64,000 nucleotides of DNA. It comes from an uncultured delta proteobacterium. Its GTDB lineage: Bacteria; Desulfobacterota; Binatia; UBA9968. The position numbers and the translations under genes are program-made. The notes under the pieces were generated by a model. The model did not search any database. It was not told the DNA's origin and saw only the letters and a program-made list of their open reading frames with translations. The stretch covers positions 1 to 64,000 of the forward strand of contig CAVXEP010000012.1 of assembly GCA_963760795.1 (NCBI GenBank). Reading direction: 5' to 3'. Positions 19,763-31,544 of this stretch are shown one piece after another; position 1 is the first letter of the stretch, and each line of letters starts with the position of its first letter.

Positions 19763-20984
19763 TTATTGTATTTCATTGATGCTGAATATCGCCATCAACA
19801 TGGAGATGACGACCACTGCGATGATCAGTCCCATCCCCAATATCAATACCGGTTCCAGCAACGAAGTTAATCTTTTCGTCGATCGTCGGACCTCTTGATC
19901 GTAGAACGACGCCACCTCGGTCAACATGCCATCCAATTTCCCCGACTCCTCGCCGACCGCGATCATGTTCAGAGCCAAGATCGGGAACAAACCGCTCTCG
20001 CTCAACGGCCGCGCCATGCCCTTGCCCTCGCGCACGCGCACCTGCACCTGGCCGATGGCCCGGGCCAAGAGCCGGTTGCCGACGACGCCTTGCACCGTAC
20101 CCAAGGCTTCGAGCAGCGGCACGCCGCCGCGGAGCAACGCGGATAACGTCCGGGAAAAACGCGCGGTCTCAAATTTTCGCACCAAATCGCCAATCAACCA
20201 GGCCTTCAAGCATAAACGATCCCATTCGCTTCTGCCCTCGGGATTTTTCACGTAAAGAATCACCCCGGCGACCGCGGCGACGACCACCAACAATACCAGC
20301 CAGCCATAGTCTGACAGCATCTGGCTAAAGTCGATGACTACTTTGGTGATCCAGGGAATCGCTTTGCGGTTGTCATGGAACAGCGCGGCGAACTTTGGAA
20401 TGACGAAGAGAAACAAGACGATCAACGACGCGCCGGCCGCGGTGGCTAAGATAATCGGATAGATTAACGCCGATTTGATCTCCTCTTTGAGCGCGGTGGT
20501 GCTTTCCAAGTATTCGGTTAAATAGCGCAGGACGCTTTCCAAAATGCCGCCGGCTTCACCGGCGCGGATCATGTTGACGTAAATTCGGGGAAATATCTGC
20601 GGGTGCTCGCCCATCGACACCGCGAGGGATTTGCCGGCGCGCACCGCTTCGACCAAGGAGCGCATCACCTTGGTGAATTCGCCGCCTTCGAACAGATTAC
20701 CGAGGATCGACAAACTGCGATCAAGCGGCAAGCCGGCGTTGAGCAAGGTGCGCGAGCTCACGGGTGAACTGCAGCAACTGCTGCTGGCTGACCTTGCGTT
20801 TTTCGAACAGCGGCCGCTGCTGGCGTACCGCGCCGACCGCGCGTTCGGACGGCATGGCGATGCGCAGCGGCACACAGCCCATCTCGCGCAGGCGCGATAC
20901 CACGCTCTGCTCGGCATCGGCTTCCATCACGCCTTCAACCACTTTGCCAGCTTGGTCGGCGGCCCGATATTGGTAAAACGCCAT
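19763..20984 (-). CDS. gspF: T2SS inner-membrane platform protein GspF (frameshift ~20760)
   Basis: 'MAFYQYRAADQAGKVVEG', 'LLNAGLPLDRSL', 'MIRAGEAGG', 'SALIYP', 'MIAVGEESGKLD', 'LLEPVLI'. Confidence 0.93.
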
Positions 20985-21074
20985 GACGATTTTTTACGTT
21001 ATGATCAGACGAGTTAGGATCAAAAATATCATGACCGGCAATCAGCCACTACCGATCAAATGGACTGCCGCGAA

Positions 21075-22775
21075 CTAACCTTCTTCGCGGGTCACGCGCA
21101 CCACCTCAGCCAAGGTAGTCGTCCCCTGGCGAACTTTATCCCAGCCGTCCTCGCGCAGAAGGCGCATGCCCTGCTGGACGGCGAGATTGCGGATGCCATT
21201 GGCGTCGGCCTTTTGGTTGATCAATTTGCAAATATCCGTCGTCACCGGCAGCAGCTCGAAGACGCCGACACGGCCCAAATAACCCGTGCCGCTGCAAGCT
21301 TCGCAGCCGGCCGCTTCCCAGATTGTATGCAACGGTTCGCCATTGGCCAGCGCCATCTCGGGCGCCACGCCCTCCAGTCCGGTAAACGGCACTTCTTTTC
21401 GGCAATTCGAACAGAGGCGGCGCACCAAGCGCTGCGCCAGCACGCCCAGCAGCGACGACGAGAGCAGATAATCCTGCACACCCATCTCTAGAAGCCGCGA
21501 GATCGCGCCGGCGGCATCGTTGGTATGCAGCGTGGAAAACACCAAGTGGCCGGTAAGCGCCGCCTGCACGGCGATCTCGGCGGTCTCGGCATCGCGAATT
21601 TCGCCGACCATGATCACGTCGGGGTCCTGGCGCACGATCGAGCGTAGCCCGTTGGCGAAGGTCAAACCGATTTGCGGCTTGACGTGGATCTGGTTGACAC
21701 CGCCCAACTGATACTCGACTGGATCTTCGATGGTGATGATTTTTTTGCCCGGATCGTTGATCTTCTGCAGCGCGCCGTAAAGCGTGGTGGTCTTACCACT
21801 GCCGGTGGGCCCGGTGACCAAGATCATGCCATGGGGCTTCAAGATCATCTCGTTAAAACGCGCCAGTTGCACCGGCGGAAATCCCATCGTCTCCAACTGG
21901 GTAAAAATCTGCCCGCGCTCGAGCAAGCGGATCACCACGCTTTCGCCGTAGAGCGTCGGCACCGTGGCGATACGCAGATCGATATCCTTGCCGCCCAATC
22001 TGGTTTTGATCCGGCCGTCCTGCGGCAAGCGCCGCTCGGCGATATTGAGCTGGGCGAGAATTTTTAAACGCGAGATCACCGCGCCCTTCAACTGCCGCGG
22101 CGGCGACTCGACTTCGTGCAAAATGCCGTCGATGCGGTAGCGCACCTTGAGTTGATTTTCGAAGGGCTCGATATGCACATCCGACGCCCGGCTTTCGAGG
22201 GCGCGGACCAGCATCTGATTGACCAGCCGGATGACCGGCACTTCCGAGGCCATGTCGCGCAAATGGGCGACATCTTCATCTTCCGCGATACCGTCAAAAC
22301 CTTGGGCGGACTCCTCGGTGGTCCCATCGGCAGTGTAACTGCCGCCGTACAACGCTTCGATACGGGCGGCGATCTCTTTTTCCTTGGCGAGCACCGCTTT
22401 GACCCGTAAACCGGTAGCCAACTCAATCGCATGCAGCCGCGAGAGTTCCATGGGATCGGCGATGGCGACGATCAAGTCGCGCCCCTCGATCTTCACCGGC
22501 ACCATGCGCGCCAACTTGAAAAAATCGCCGATGTTGGCCGGTAGGTCGAAGGGCAACGGCGTATTCGGGATATCGCGCAGCGACATGAGCGGCAGATCGA
22601 AATGATCGCGCATCACCGGCAGGAGATCTTCTTCGGACAAAAAACCGAGCTCAACCACCAGCCGGCTAAGCGGCGCTTGTTGCTCCTCCTGGAGCTGGCG
22701 CACCCGCTCCATTTCCTCGCTGGAGAGCATCTGCCGTTCGATCAGACGCTCCGCCAGACTCACTTGTGTTTCCAT
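21075..22775 (-). CDS. gspE: T2SS ATPase GspE
   Basis: 'RASDVHIEP', 'RRLPQDGRI', Walker A GPTGSGKTTT, 'TIEDPVE', 'RQDPDVIMVGEIRD', tetracysteine motif. Confidence 0.96.
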   Translation of the reverse strand: METQVSLAERLIERQMLSSEEMERVRQLQEEQQAPLSRLVVELGFLSEEDLLPVMRDHFDLPLMSLRDIPNTPLPFDLPANIGDFFKLARMVPVKIEGRDLIVAIADPMELSRLHAIELATGLRVKAVLAKEKEIAARIEALYGGSYTADGTTEESAQGFDGIAEDEDVAHLRDMASEVPVIRLVNQMLVRALESRASDVHIEPFENQLKVRYRIDGILHEVESPPRQLKGAVISRLKILAQLNIAERRLPQDGRIKTRLGGKDIDLRIATVPTLYGESVVIRLLERGQIFTQLETMGFPPVQLARFNEMILKPHGMILVTGPTGSGKTTTLYGALQKINDPGKKIITIEDPVEYQLGGVNQIHVKPQIGLTFANGLRSIVRQDPDVIMVGEIRDAETAEIAVQAALTGHLVFSTLHTNDAAGAISRLLEMGVQDYLLSSSLLGVLAQRLVRRLCSNCRKEVPFTGLEGVAPEMALANGEPLHTIWEAAGCEACSGTGYLGRVGVFELLPVTTDICKLINQKADANGIRNLAVQQGMRLLREDGWDKVRQGTTTLAEVVRVTREEG

Positions 22776-22795
22776 GCTGGTTCCTAGTTTTTGCG

Positions 22796-23179
22796 CTATT
22801 TTCGCGCCGTCGAATCCGCTCTGCCGTAGCGGTCTTCCAAGCGCACGACATCGTCGAGTTCGGGCGTCGAGACCTCCAAGACATCGCAGTCTTCGATGGC
22901 GATCATGCGATGCTTCATTAGCGGCACAATGTGCAAACTCTCGCCCGCCGCCAAACGCAGCTTGTGCTGCCGGCCGTCCTTTTCAATATCCAATTCGAGC
23001 ACGCCGGAGAGCAGCCGAATCGTCTCATCTTTGATGTTGTGGTATTGGTAACTCAACGATTCGCCCTTGTTGATGTGCAAGACCTTGCCGACATAGCGCT
23101 CGGTGTGAGCCCAAATCAGTTCATAACCCCATGGTTTATCGACAATTTTATCCGGGTGGGTCAATCGATCATCCGTCAT
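22796..23179 (-). CDS. Cupin-domain protein (mannose-6-phosphate isomerase-like)
   Basis: 'KPWGYELIWA...LSYQYHNIKDETI...HRMIAIEDCDVLEVSTPELDDVVRLEDRYGR'. Confidence 0.8.
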   Translation of the reverse strand: MTDDRLTHPDKIVDKPWGYELIWAHTERYVGKVLHINKGESLSYQYHNIKDETIRLLSGVLELDIEKDGRQHKLRLAAGESLHIVPLMKHRMIAIEDCDVLEVSTPELDDVVRLEDRYGRADSTARK

Positions 23180-23310
23180 CGATAGCGATGATAGCAGATT
23201 AAGCCACTGCGGCCAACAAATTGTCTAAACCTATCTCGATAGGTCTGAAGGCGCCTTCAGTAGAATCTCTGTTATGCAGAATTGAGGACGACGGGGAAGG
23301 CCAGTAGCGC

Positions 23311-25630
23311 CTACCTCACGGCACTCTTCGGATTGCCCAAGCCGAGCAGACTAAAGTTGACACTGAAGCTGGTTTTCTCGGGGTTAACATCGTGCTTGAC
23401 GCCGAAAGAAACCGACCAGCACTCGCAAAACGACATGAACTTACTGATCGCCCGAAAGCCGATGAACCGGTTATCGCGGGCATCGTAAGTGCTGCTGAAA
23501 TTGAACAGCAGATTGTCGGTGACATGGTACAAAAGACTGTTGTTGATATTGCCCACGGTATTTTTTGTGCAGCTGGAGTCGTTCGGATTGATTAAACACA
23601 AGTCGATGTCGGCATTGGCATTTTCGGCGAGAAAACTGTTCGGCCCGCGGCGCAAGAAGTGATAACTCAGGCTAAAGGAATTCGGCCGATTGAAATCGGC
23701 GTCGAGCGAGCGCCGGAATCGGCCGCGGATCTGTGATCGCCACACCGGCGAGGATCTGGGTAAACTGCCACGCTCCAGGGTTCACGCCACCGTCCAAACG
23801 AAAGTCGAGAAACGACGCCGGAGTCAAACGCAATCGCAGATCGAGATCGGTAAGGCTATCGCCGCCTTTGCGCTCTTTATCGATATCGTAGGACAACGCC
23901 ATCCGGAACGATGCCAACTCCCGCACATCGCCGGTCGCCGTCGGGCTAAGATATTCGGTGCTGCTGTCAAGGATTTGATCACCGAGAGGACTGGGGGATT
24001 TCCCCCATAGGCGATTATTGACTGCAAAGGTAACTACGTTACGGCGGTTAACACGATCTATGTTGTCCATGATCGGAATTTTGTCCTGATTGACCCCTGG
24101 AACAAATAGATAACTGATCTCAGGTTCAAAAACATGCTTGACCTGCTTTAGACCCAGGCTATCGACCGCAAAGACACGGCTCAACGCAGTGTTAAGGTTA
24201 CCGCGAATTTCGACCAGCTCGCGTGACACATTGTGCGCCGAGGAATTCACCGGCGGACTGTACAAATGATAGAAGGTTTCGCGTGGCGCGACACTTAACG
24301 ACCCGTTGACAACCGAAGCGAGTTTGAACGGCAGCACCGCTTCCGGGCGGAGATCGAATCGAAGACCGTCACCGGGCTCGCGCCGGATATAATTCGTCCC
24401 ATCCACCGACCAGCGCAGCTCTAACGGAAACCCCGGGAAGAACCGTCGGCCCCAAAACCCAATCTGCGGCGTGCGCAAAAACGTGGTCTTATCGGGCTGA
24501 ATGAAGTCTTGATAAAAGTTGAACTCCCCTTTGAAGAAGGTATCGCCCCAGTTTTTGAACAAACCCATGCGCGACTCGCCGTAACGGCTGCGGCGAATAT
24601 TCCCCTCCTGGCCAAGCGGCAGGTCGAAGCGCCCGATCAGTTCACGCGTAAACAAATCATCGCTGTACGCCGCGCTGTCGCTGTAGGTTAGCCAATCGGA
24701 CGCTGTGGTATAACGGTGCGAGCCGAAAATGTTCCAGCGGTCTCTGGGAATATGCGGATCGGCGATGGTTGGGTCGACCACCGTTCGGTGTTGCCGCCAA
24801 CCTTCATTGAAATAGGAAGATTCAAACTTGAAGTCCGAGTTGCGATCGAACTGCGTGCGAAATTCGCCGATGATTCCAAACCGCGTGCGCGTCTCAATGT
24901 CAACGGACAAGGTGGCGTCAGTGTTTTTCGAGATCGCCCAGAAAAATGGTTGCAGATATTGAAAACCGTCTTTGTTCGAGCTGCCAATATTGGGAAATAG
25001 GAAACCCGTCTGGCGCTCACTATTCAGCGGAAAAAATCCATAGGGAATGTACAGCACCGGCACATCCATGATGTAGAAATAGCCATTTTTGATCGTGCCC
25101 GTGCCGTCGAGGGTGAGATCCATCTGCTCGGCGAAGAATTTCCAAGACGGCGCGCCCGACTCGCACAGGCAGGTGGTAAAAAATCCATCGTCGATGTGAT
25201 AGCTCTGGCCGCCAAACTTTTCGAAGCGGCGCCCCGAGACGCTAATATGGCCCTGCTCGAGGAAAAGGTCGGCGTTGTGGAGCTCACCGGTTTCCTTCTC
25301 CATGTTCATGCGTAGCATGTCAGCTGATTTGATTTTCCATTCCGGATCGTCCAGCGTCACCTGACCCTTGGCTTCGACCTCCTGGGTCGACCGGTTCATG
25401 CGCAACTCGTTGGCCTTGAGCGTGGTTTCTTCCCGTTTGATCTCGACATTGCCGGTCGCCTCGATCAGGTTGCCACTGTCACTCGACGACAAATTGTCAG
25501 CCTGCAAGTTGATCGGCGCCGCGGGATTATTCGCCGCCGATTGCGGCCCCTGCGCCGCCCAGCCATTCGCGAGCAACGATAGCAGCGCCAGGAGTGCCGC
25601 AAACGGTAACGAGATCGGTCGTAAGGTCAT
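23311..25630 (-). CDS. lptD: LPS-assembly protein LptD (frameshift ~23700)
   Basis: Signal peptide, OstA-like N-domain, 'FTTC...PSW', 'PVLYIPY...ERQTGFLFP', C-term 'CECWSV...FSLLGLG'. Confidence 0.88.
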
Positions 25631-25655
25631 GGTCTTTCTTGTCTGCAACCGCGCA

Positions 25656-26945
25656 TCAACTTGCCAGCGTGGACCGCGCCGCGGCGATTTCTTGCAACAT
25701 CGGCCGAATTTCACCGAGAAGATAAAGCGAACCGGCGACCACGATCACATCATCGGGAGCGGATTCATCGATGAGCACGCGTAACGCCGCGCGCGCATCC
25801 GCGTGACTTCGGCTCGCCACCTGGCCGGCAAAGTTTCGCGCCAACTCGGCCGGATCCGCACTACGCTCCATGGCGACTTTGGTGAAGGTCACTTGCGAAA
25901 CTACCTCGGTCAAGCGCGCCAGCATAAGCCGCCAATCTTTGTCCGACATGACGGCGAACAGGAGCTTGATCTTGCGCCCGTGATAAATCTTAAGCTCCTG
26001 CACCAGCGCCAGCACGCCCTCGCCATTGTGGGCACCATCGATGACCACGGTCGGCCGCTCCAACATGACTTCCAATCGTCCCGGCCATTGGACAGTCGCC
26101 AAACCGGCGCGGATCGCCGCTTCGGATACCGGCAAGCGATCCTGAACAACTTCCAACGCCGCAAGCGCCACCGCGGCATTACGCCTTTGGTGCAGTCCGC
26201 GGAGCCTCAGCGATAAATTGGAATAATATTGTTTTACTCCTGTATAATCGAAAAACCCTTCATTTTTCAAGGAAAAATTGAAATCTTCACCAAAGAAATA
26301 GGCTTTTGCACCTCGTTCCGCGGCTGTCTGGCGAAACAACTCATGCACCGCCGCACTGACCGCACCGCAGACCACCGGAATACCCGGCTTGATGATGCCG
26401 GCTTTCTCGCCGGCGATCGACAATAGATCGGTGCCCAAAAACGCTTCATGATCCTTCGAAATCGTCGTGATCAGCGCGACTAACGGCGTGATCACATTGG
26501 TCGCATCGAAACGGCCGCCCAAGCCGACCTCGATCACCGCCACATCGGTGGGATGGCGGGCGAAGTAGATAAACGCCATCACCGTCACCACTTCGAAATA
26601 GGTCAGCGTGATGTCGGCTGCCGCCGTTCGCCGCCAGATCTCTTCGGCGATGGCGACGACTTCATCTTCGGCGATTTCCTGGTCGTCGATCTTGATGCGC
26701 TCGGTAAACGACACCAGGTGGGGCGACGTATATAAAGCGGTACGGTAGCCAGCGAGTGATAGAATCCGCTGGAGTATCGCCGAGGTCGAGCCCTTGCCGT
26801 TGGTTCCGGCGATATGAAGCGAAGGGAATTTTCGTTCCGGATGGTCAAATAGCTTTAGCGCGCCGGCGACTCTATCGAGGCGCAGATCGATGGCCCCGCC
26901 GTGCAGATTATAAATCCGTTCAAGAGTTTCAGAATAGCTAGCCAT
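25656..26945 (-). CDS. folC: Folylpolyglutamate synthase/dihydrofolate synthase
   Basis: 'HIAGTNGKGST', 'YTSPHL..FTERI', 'EVGLGGRFDATNV', 'WPGRLE', 'DGAHN', 'AGSLYL'. Confidence 0.96.
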   Translation of the reverse strand: MASYSETLERIYNLHGGAIDLRLDRVAGALKLFDHPERKFPSLHIAGTNGKGSTSAILQRILSLAGYRTALYTSPHLVSFTERIKIDDQEIAEDEVVAIAEEIWRRTAAADITLTYFEVVTVMAFIYFARHPTDVAVIEVGLGGRFDATNVITPLVALITTISKDHEAFLGTDLLSIAGEKAGIIKPGIPVVCGAVSAAVHELFRQTAAERGAKAYFFGEDFNFSLKNEGFFDYTGVKQYYSNLSLRLRGLHQRRNAAVALAALEVVQDRLPVSEAAIRAGLATVQWPGRLEVMLERPTVVIDGAHNGEGVLALVQELKIYHGRKIKLLFAVMSDKDWRLMLARLTEVVSQVTFTKVAMERSADPAELARNFAGQVASRSHADARAALRVLIDESAPDDVIVVAGSLYLLGEIRPMLQEIAAARSTLAS

Positions 26946-27000
26946 AGAGCTTAGCAGGTCCTCGGCAACCCTCGGCAGATTCCGCGCATTCCTTTGGAGG

Positions 27001-27813
27001 TCAAGCTATCTTGCGGGCTAGTTTCATTGCCCGTTTGAGCTGGGCGACAAAGGCCCCGGCTTGCTGCACCTTGTCAGCTTTGCTTTTGCCTTGCTCGATG
27101 CGCTGCACCAAGGCGCTGCCGACCACGGCCGCGTCGGCGAACTCGGCGATCCAGGCCGCTTGTCGCGGCGTCGAAATGCCGAAGCCGACGCCCACCGGCA
27201 GCACCGTCACCTTACGCACCTGGGCGACTTGGCGGCGCAAATCGCTGTCGAAGGACTGCCGCGCACCGGTGACACCGGTCACCGAAACATAATAAATAAA
27301 GCCGCGCCCGTGGTGTGCCACCAAGCGAAGGCGGTCTTCATCGCTGGTGGGCGACAAGAGAAAGATGACGTCGAGATTGCCGCGGTCGGTGCAGCTTTTA
27401 AGTTCGCCGCTCTCTTCCGGCGGCAGGTCGACGCAGAGTACGCCGTCGGCGCCGGCTTGTGCCGCTTGCGTGGCAAACTTGTCGAGCCCGAAGCGGAAAA
27501 ACGGATTGTAGTAACCAAAGAGAATTATTGGCATTTCGGAAGTGCGGCGGAAATCGCGTACCAAGCGGAATATCGCCGGCAAGGAGATCGGGTTCTTCAA
27601 AGCCCGCTCCGACGAACGCTGAATCGTCGGGCCATCCGCCGACGGATCGGAAAACGGAATGCCTAACTCGATGGCATCGGCGCCGCCCGCTTCCAAGGCA
27701 CGCATGATTTTCAGCGTAGTCGCCAAGTCGGGGTCGCCGGCGGTGATAAATGGAATCAGCGCCGCTTCACCGCGTTGCTTCATTGCAATAAACTTTTTTT
27801 CAATACGGCTCAT
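27001..27813 (-). CDS. trpA: Tryptophan synthase alpha chain
   Basis: 'PFITAGDP', 'IELGIPFSDPSADGPTIQ', 'VSVTGVTG', 'VGFGIS'. Confidence 0.97.
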   Translation of the reverse strand: MSRIEKKFIAMKQRGEAALIPFITAGDPDLATTLKIMRALEAGGADAIELGIPFSDPSADGPTIQRSSERALKNPISLPAIFRLVRDFRRTSEMPIILFGYYNPFFRFGLDKFATQAAQAGADGVLCVDLPPEESGELKSCTDRGNLDVIFLLSPTSDEDRLRLVAHHGRGFIYYVSVTGVTGARQSFDSDLRRQVAQVRKVTVLPVGVGFGISTPRQAAWIAEFADAAVVGSALVQRIEQGKSKADKVQQAGAFVAQLKRAMKLARKIA

Positions 27814-27893
27814 AAGTAAATTCAAACTAGCCGTTCAACGGTTCAGGGTTCAATCGTTCAACGCCCCCCCTCAACTGAACTCTTGAACGATTC

Positions 27894-29114
27894 TTATAAT
27901 TTCACTCCGAGATAGTCGCCGACGGTGATCATATCTTTGTCGCCGCGGCCGGAAAGATTGACGATGACGATTTGGCGTTTCTTGAGTTTCGGCGCCAAAC
28001 GGCGCGCCACCGCGATCGCATGGGCGCTTTCCAGGGCGGGAATGATCCCTTCGACTTCGGCGAGAAAGCGGATCGACGCGATCGCTTCGTCGTCGGTGGC
28101 CGAATCGAACTGCACCCGGCCTTGGTCGCGCAGATAACTCAACTCAGGGCCGACCCCAGGATAATCCAAGCCCGCCGCCACCGAGTGGGTTTCCTTCACC
28201 TGACCCTTGTCGTCTTGCAAGAGATAACTCTTGCTGCCGTGCAAAACCCCAACCGCACCGCGCTGAATGGTCGCCGAGTGTTTGCCGGAACCAAGCCCAT
28301 GGCCGGCAGCTTCGACGCCGAGCATCTTGACTGACTTGTCTTTGACGAAGGGAAAAAACAGCCCCATGGAATTGCTGCCACCGCCGACACAGGCGAGTAG
28401 ATAATCCGGCAGCCGGCCTTCTTTGTCAAGAATCTGCCGGCGCGCTTCGCGGCCGATGACCGATTGGAAATCCCGCACCATCATCGGATAGGGATGGGGT
28501 CCGGCCACCGAGCCGATGAGATAATAGGTGTTGCGCACGTTGGTCACCCAGTCGCGCAGCGCTTCGTTCATGGCATCCTTGAGCGTCCGGCTGCCGGACT
28601 CGACCACCCGCACTTTGGCGCCCAGCAGCTTCATGCGAAAGACGTTGAGCGACTGGCGCTGGACATCTTCCGCGCCCATGAAGATTTCGCACTCCATGCC
28701 GAAGCGCGCCGCCACCGTGGCGGTGGCCACGCCATGCTGTCCGGCGCCGGTCTCTGCGATGATGCGCCGCTTGCCCATGTGCCGAGCCAAGAGAATTTGC
28801 CCCATGGTGTTGTTGATCTTATGCGCGCCGGTGTGGCACAGATCTTCGCGCTTGAGATAGACCGTCGCGCCGCCCAGGCTGCGGGTCAATCTTTCGGCGA
28901 AATAGAGCGGCGTTTCCCGGCCGACATACTCTTTAAGATAATACGCAAGCTCGCGCTTGAAGCCAGCGTCACGCCGCACCTGCGCGTAACCGCGCTCTAG
29001 CTCGGTCAATGCTGGCATGAGGGTTTCGGCGACGTAACGGCCGCCGTAGGGACCGAAATGGCCGCGCCGGTCAGGCACCTTTGGCAGCAGCGATAAATTC
29101 TTTGAGTTTGCCAT
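27894..29114 (-). CDS. trpB: Tryptophan synthase beta chain
   Basis: '[15 protein letters not shown]', '[15 protein letters not shown]', '[13 protein letters not shown]', 'NLSGRGDKD'. Confidence 0.97.
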   Translation of the reverse strand: MANSKNLSLLPKVPDRRGHFGPYGGRYVAETLMPALTELERGYAQVRRDAGFKRELAYYLKEYVGRETPLYFAERLTRSLGGATVYLKREDLCHTGAHKINNTMGQILLARHMGKRRIIAETGAGQHGVATATVAARFGMECEIFMGAEDVQRQSLNVFRMKLLGAKVRVVESGSRTLKDAMNEALRDWVTNVRNTYYLIGSVAGPHPYPMMVRDFQSVIGREARRQILDKEGRLPDYLLACVGGGSNSMGLFFPFVKDKSVKMLGVEAAGHGLGSGKHSATIQRGAVGVLHGSKSYLLQDDKGQVKETHSVAAGLDYPGVGPELSYLRDQGRVQFDSATDDEAIASIRFLAEVEGIIPALESAHAIAVARRLAPKLKKRQIVIVNLSGRGDKDMITVGDYLGVKL

Positions 29115-29699
29115 GATCTTTGATACCTGGGCGCGCCTCCACGCCACTGCAGACATCGACACCAAACGGGTGAATCTTGCCGATCGCCTGGGCGACATTG
29201 TCGGCTCGCAGCCCGCCCGAAAGCAGAATCTTGCCGCTGTCAATGCCATCGAGCCATTCCCATGGAAACATCTGACCCGAACCGCCGAACCCCGCGGAAA
29301 AGGAATCGAGCAAATAGTAATCCGCCGGGAAATCCTTTCAAGGCGACGAGCGAAGCTTGCTCTTTGATGCGAAAGGCCTTGATCACTTTCAATTCCCAGT
29401 CTTGACAGTAAGCGCGCGTCCTCCTCGCCGTGAAATTGCAAGCCACGATACGCTTGCCGACCATCCGGCAATCGGCCCGCAGCCAACACGTCGTTGACCC
29501 GCGCTTTCGGCTCGTTGACGAACAGCGCCACATTGAACGAATCGCGCGGCAAGCACGCGATAATTTCCCGGGCCTTTGCCGGCGCGATGCAGCGCGGGCT
29601 CGGCGGATAAAAATTAAAACCTAGAATATCCGCGCCAAACTCCAGCGACTTCTCGGCGTCGTCGAGATTGGTAATGCCGCAAACTTTGATCTTGACCAT
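29071..29699 (-). CDS. trpF: Phosphoribosylanthranilate isomerase (frameshifted)
   Basis: 'KIKVCGITN', 'LQFHGEE', 'GGSGQMFPW', 'LSGGL', 'GVDVCSGVE'. Confidence 0.92.
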
Positions 29700-29742
29700 G
29701 TCGTGCTCATACTCGAAAATCGTGCCTAGCGCTTAACACGAG

Positions 29743-30520
29743 TCACGATAAGAGTTCCCTCAATTTTTCCCCGGGCGCGGGCGCGCGCATGAGCGACTCG
29801 CCGATCAGGAACGCGTGGATGCCGAGTTTTTCGACCCGGCGGATCTGCTCGATGCTATCAATGCCGCTTTCGCATATCGCCGGCATGCCCGCCGGCACCA
29901 GCGGCGCCAATTTTTCTGTCGTCGCCAAGCTCACGGCGAAAGTTTTCAGATCGCGGTTGTTGATGCCGATCAGCTGGGCGCCGGCGTTTAAGGCCGCTTC
30001 CAGCTCGCTTTCACTATGCACTTCCACCAGCGAGTCCATCTGCAATTCGCTCGCCTGCTGGCGCAGTTCGCCCATGAGTTGGCGGTCAAGCATCGCCGCG
30101 ATCAACAGCACCGCATCGGCGCCGAAGCTCTTCGCTTCGACGATTTGATAGGGATCGAGCATGAAATCCTTGCGCAATAGCGGCACCGCCACGCTGGCGT
30201 GAATCTGTTCGAGATAAGCCAGATCGCCCTGAAAAAAGCGCTCCTCGGTCAACACCGAAATCGCACTGGCCCCATGGCTCGCGTAATCCTTGGCAATCGC
30301 TACCGCATCAAAATCGGCGCGAATCAGCCCCTTGGACGGTGAGGCTTTCTTGACCTCGGCAACAATGCGCCGCTGGTTACCGCTGAGCGCCTTGGCGAAG
30401 CCGCGCGTCGGCGCATGGTAAAGCGATCGATCGCGTAGCGCCGCCAAGGGCAGCTCGCGCTGCCGGCGCGCGACGACTACGCGCACATGGGCCGCGATAG
30501 TGGCGCAGAATTTCAGCCAT
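29743..30520 (-). CDS. trpC: Indole-3-glycerol phosphate synthase (N-terminal frameshift)
   Basis: '[11 protein letters not shown]', 'ISVLTE', 'LRKDF', 'GINNRDL', 'ESGI', 'LIGESLM'. Confidence 0.96.
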
Positions 30521-31544
30521 GAAAAGCTACGCGGCGTTGGTCAGTTCGACCAGCTGCTGAGAGTTTTTGGCGCGCCTTGCCGCTATCGATAGATTCCGCA
30601 GCCAGCTTGATGCCATCCGCTACATTCGCGGCGCTGCCGCTGACGTAAAGCGCCGCGCCGCTGTTCAAGAGCACGACATCGCGCGGCGCGCCGGGGTTGC
30701 CGTCGAGCACGGCGCGGACGATCACCGCGCTCTCCTCGGCGCTGCCGCCATGGAGGTCGGCGAGCAGGCAACGTTTGAGACCGAACTGCTCGGGCTCGAT
30801 TTGGAACTCTTTCACCGCCCCATCGCGCAGCTCGGCTACTTTAGTCGGCCCGCATAGAGAAATTTCATCCAGGCCTTCGAGTCCGTGGACGACCATCGCC
30901 CGCGCGCTGCCGAGATTTTTCAGCACGTTGGCGACCATGCCGACCAAATCGCCGTTGTAGATGCCGATCAGCTGATGGGTCGCCATGGCCGGATTGGTCA
31001 GCGGTCCGAGCAGATTAAATATGGTACGAATGCCGATGTCGCGGCGCGGCTGCACGGCGTACTTCATCGCTTCATGGAGCAGCGGCGCGAACAGAAAACC
31101 GATACCGATTTGGGCGATGCACTGCTCGACCCGCTCTCTCGGCGCATCGACCTTGACGCCCAAGGCGCCCAAAACATCGGCGCTGCCCGACTGGCTCGAC
31201 ACCGAGCGATTGCCATGCTTGGCGACATTGACGCCGGCGCCGGCGACGACGAAGGCGGCGGTCGTCGAAATATTGAAAGTCCCCTTTTGATCGCCGCCGG
31301 TGCCGCAGGTATCGAGCACCGTCTTAGCACCGACGTTGACCCGGTGCGCTTTCTCGCGCATCACCCTGGCCGCGCCGGTGATCTCGTCGACGGTTTCGCC
31401 TTTCATGCGCAGGGCGGTCAGAAAGGCCGCCACCTGCAGCGGCGTCGCTTCGCCGGTCATGATCTGGTTCATGACATCGACCGTTTGCGCTTCCGTCAAG
31501 TCGATGCGGTTGACTAATTTATCGATGGCTTCGCGTATGTTCAT
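30513..31544 (-). CDS. trpD: Anthranilate phosphoribosyltransferase
   Basis: 'DTCGTGGD', 'FNISTT', 'KHGNRSVSS', 'NLLGPLTNP'. Confidence 0.97.
   Translation of the reverse strand: MNIREAIDKLVNRIDLTEAQTVDVMNQIMTGEATPLQVAAFLTALRMKGETVDEITGAARVMREKAHRVNVGAKTVLDTCGTGGDQKGTFNISTTAAFVVAGAGVNVAKHGNRSVSSQSGSADVLGALGVKVDAPRERVEQCIAQIGIGFLFAPLLHEAMKYAVQPRRDIGIRTIFNLLGPLTNPAMATHQLIGIYNGDLVGMVANVLKNLGSARAMVVHGLEGLDEISLCGPTKVAELRDGAVKEFQIEPEQFGLKRCLLADLHGGSAEESAVIVRAVLDGNPGAPRDVVLLNSGAALYVSGSAANVADGIKLAAESIDSGKARQKLSAAGRTDQRRVAFHG

Noticed and set aside
27894-29699. Apparent TrpF-TrpB fusion ORF (601 aa)
   Set aside because: The middle is off-frame nonsense; the TrpF C-terminus lies in another frame (29071..29313) with its own stop, so this is an indel artefact.
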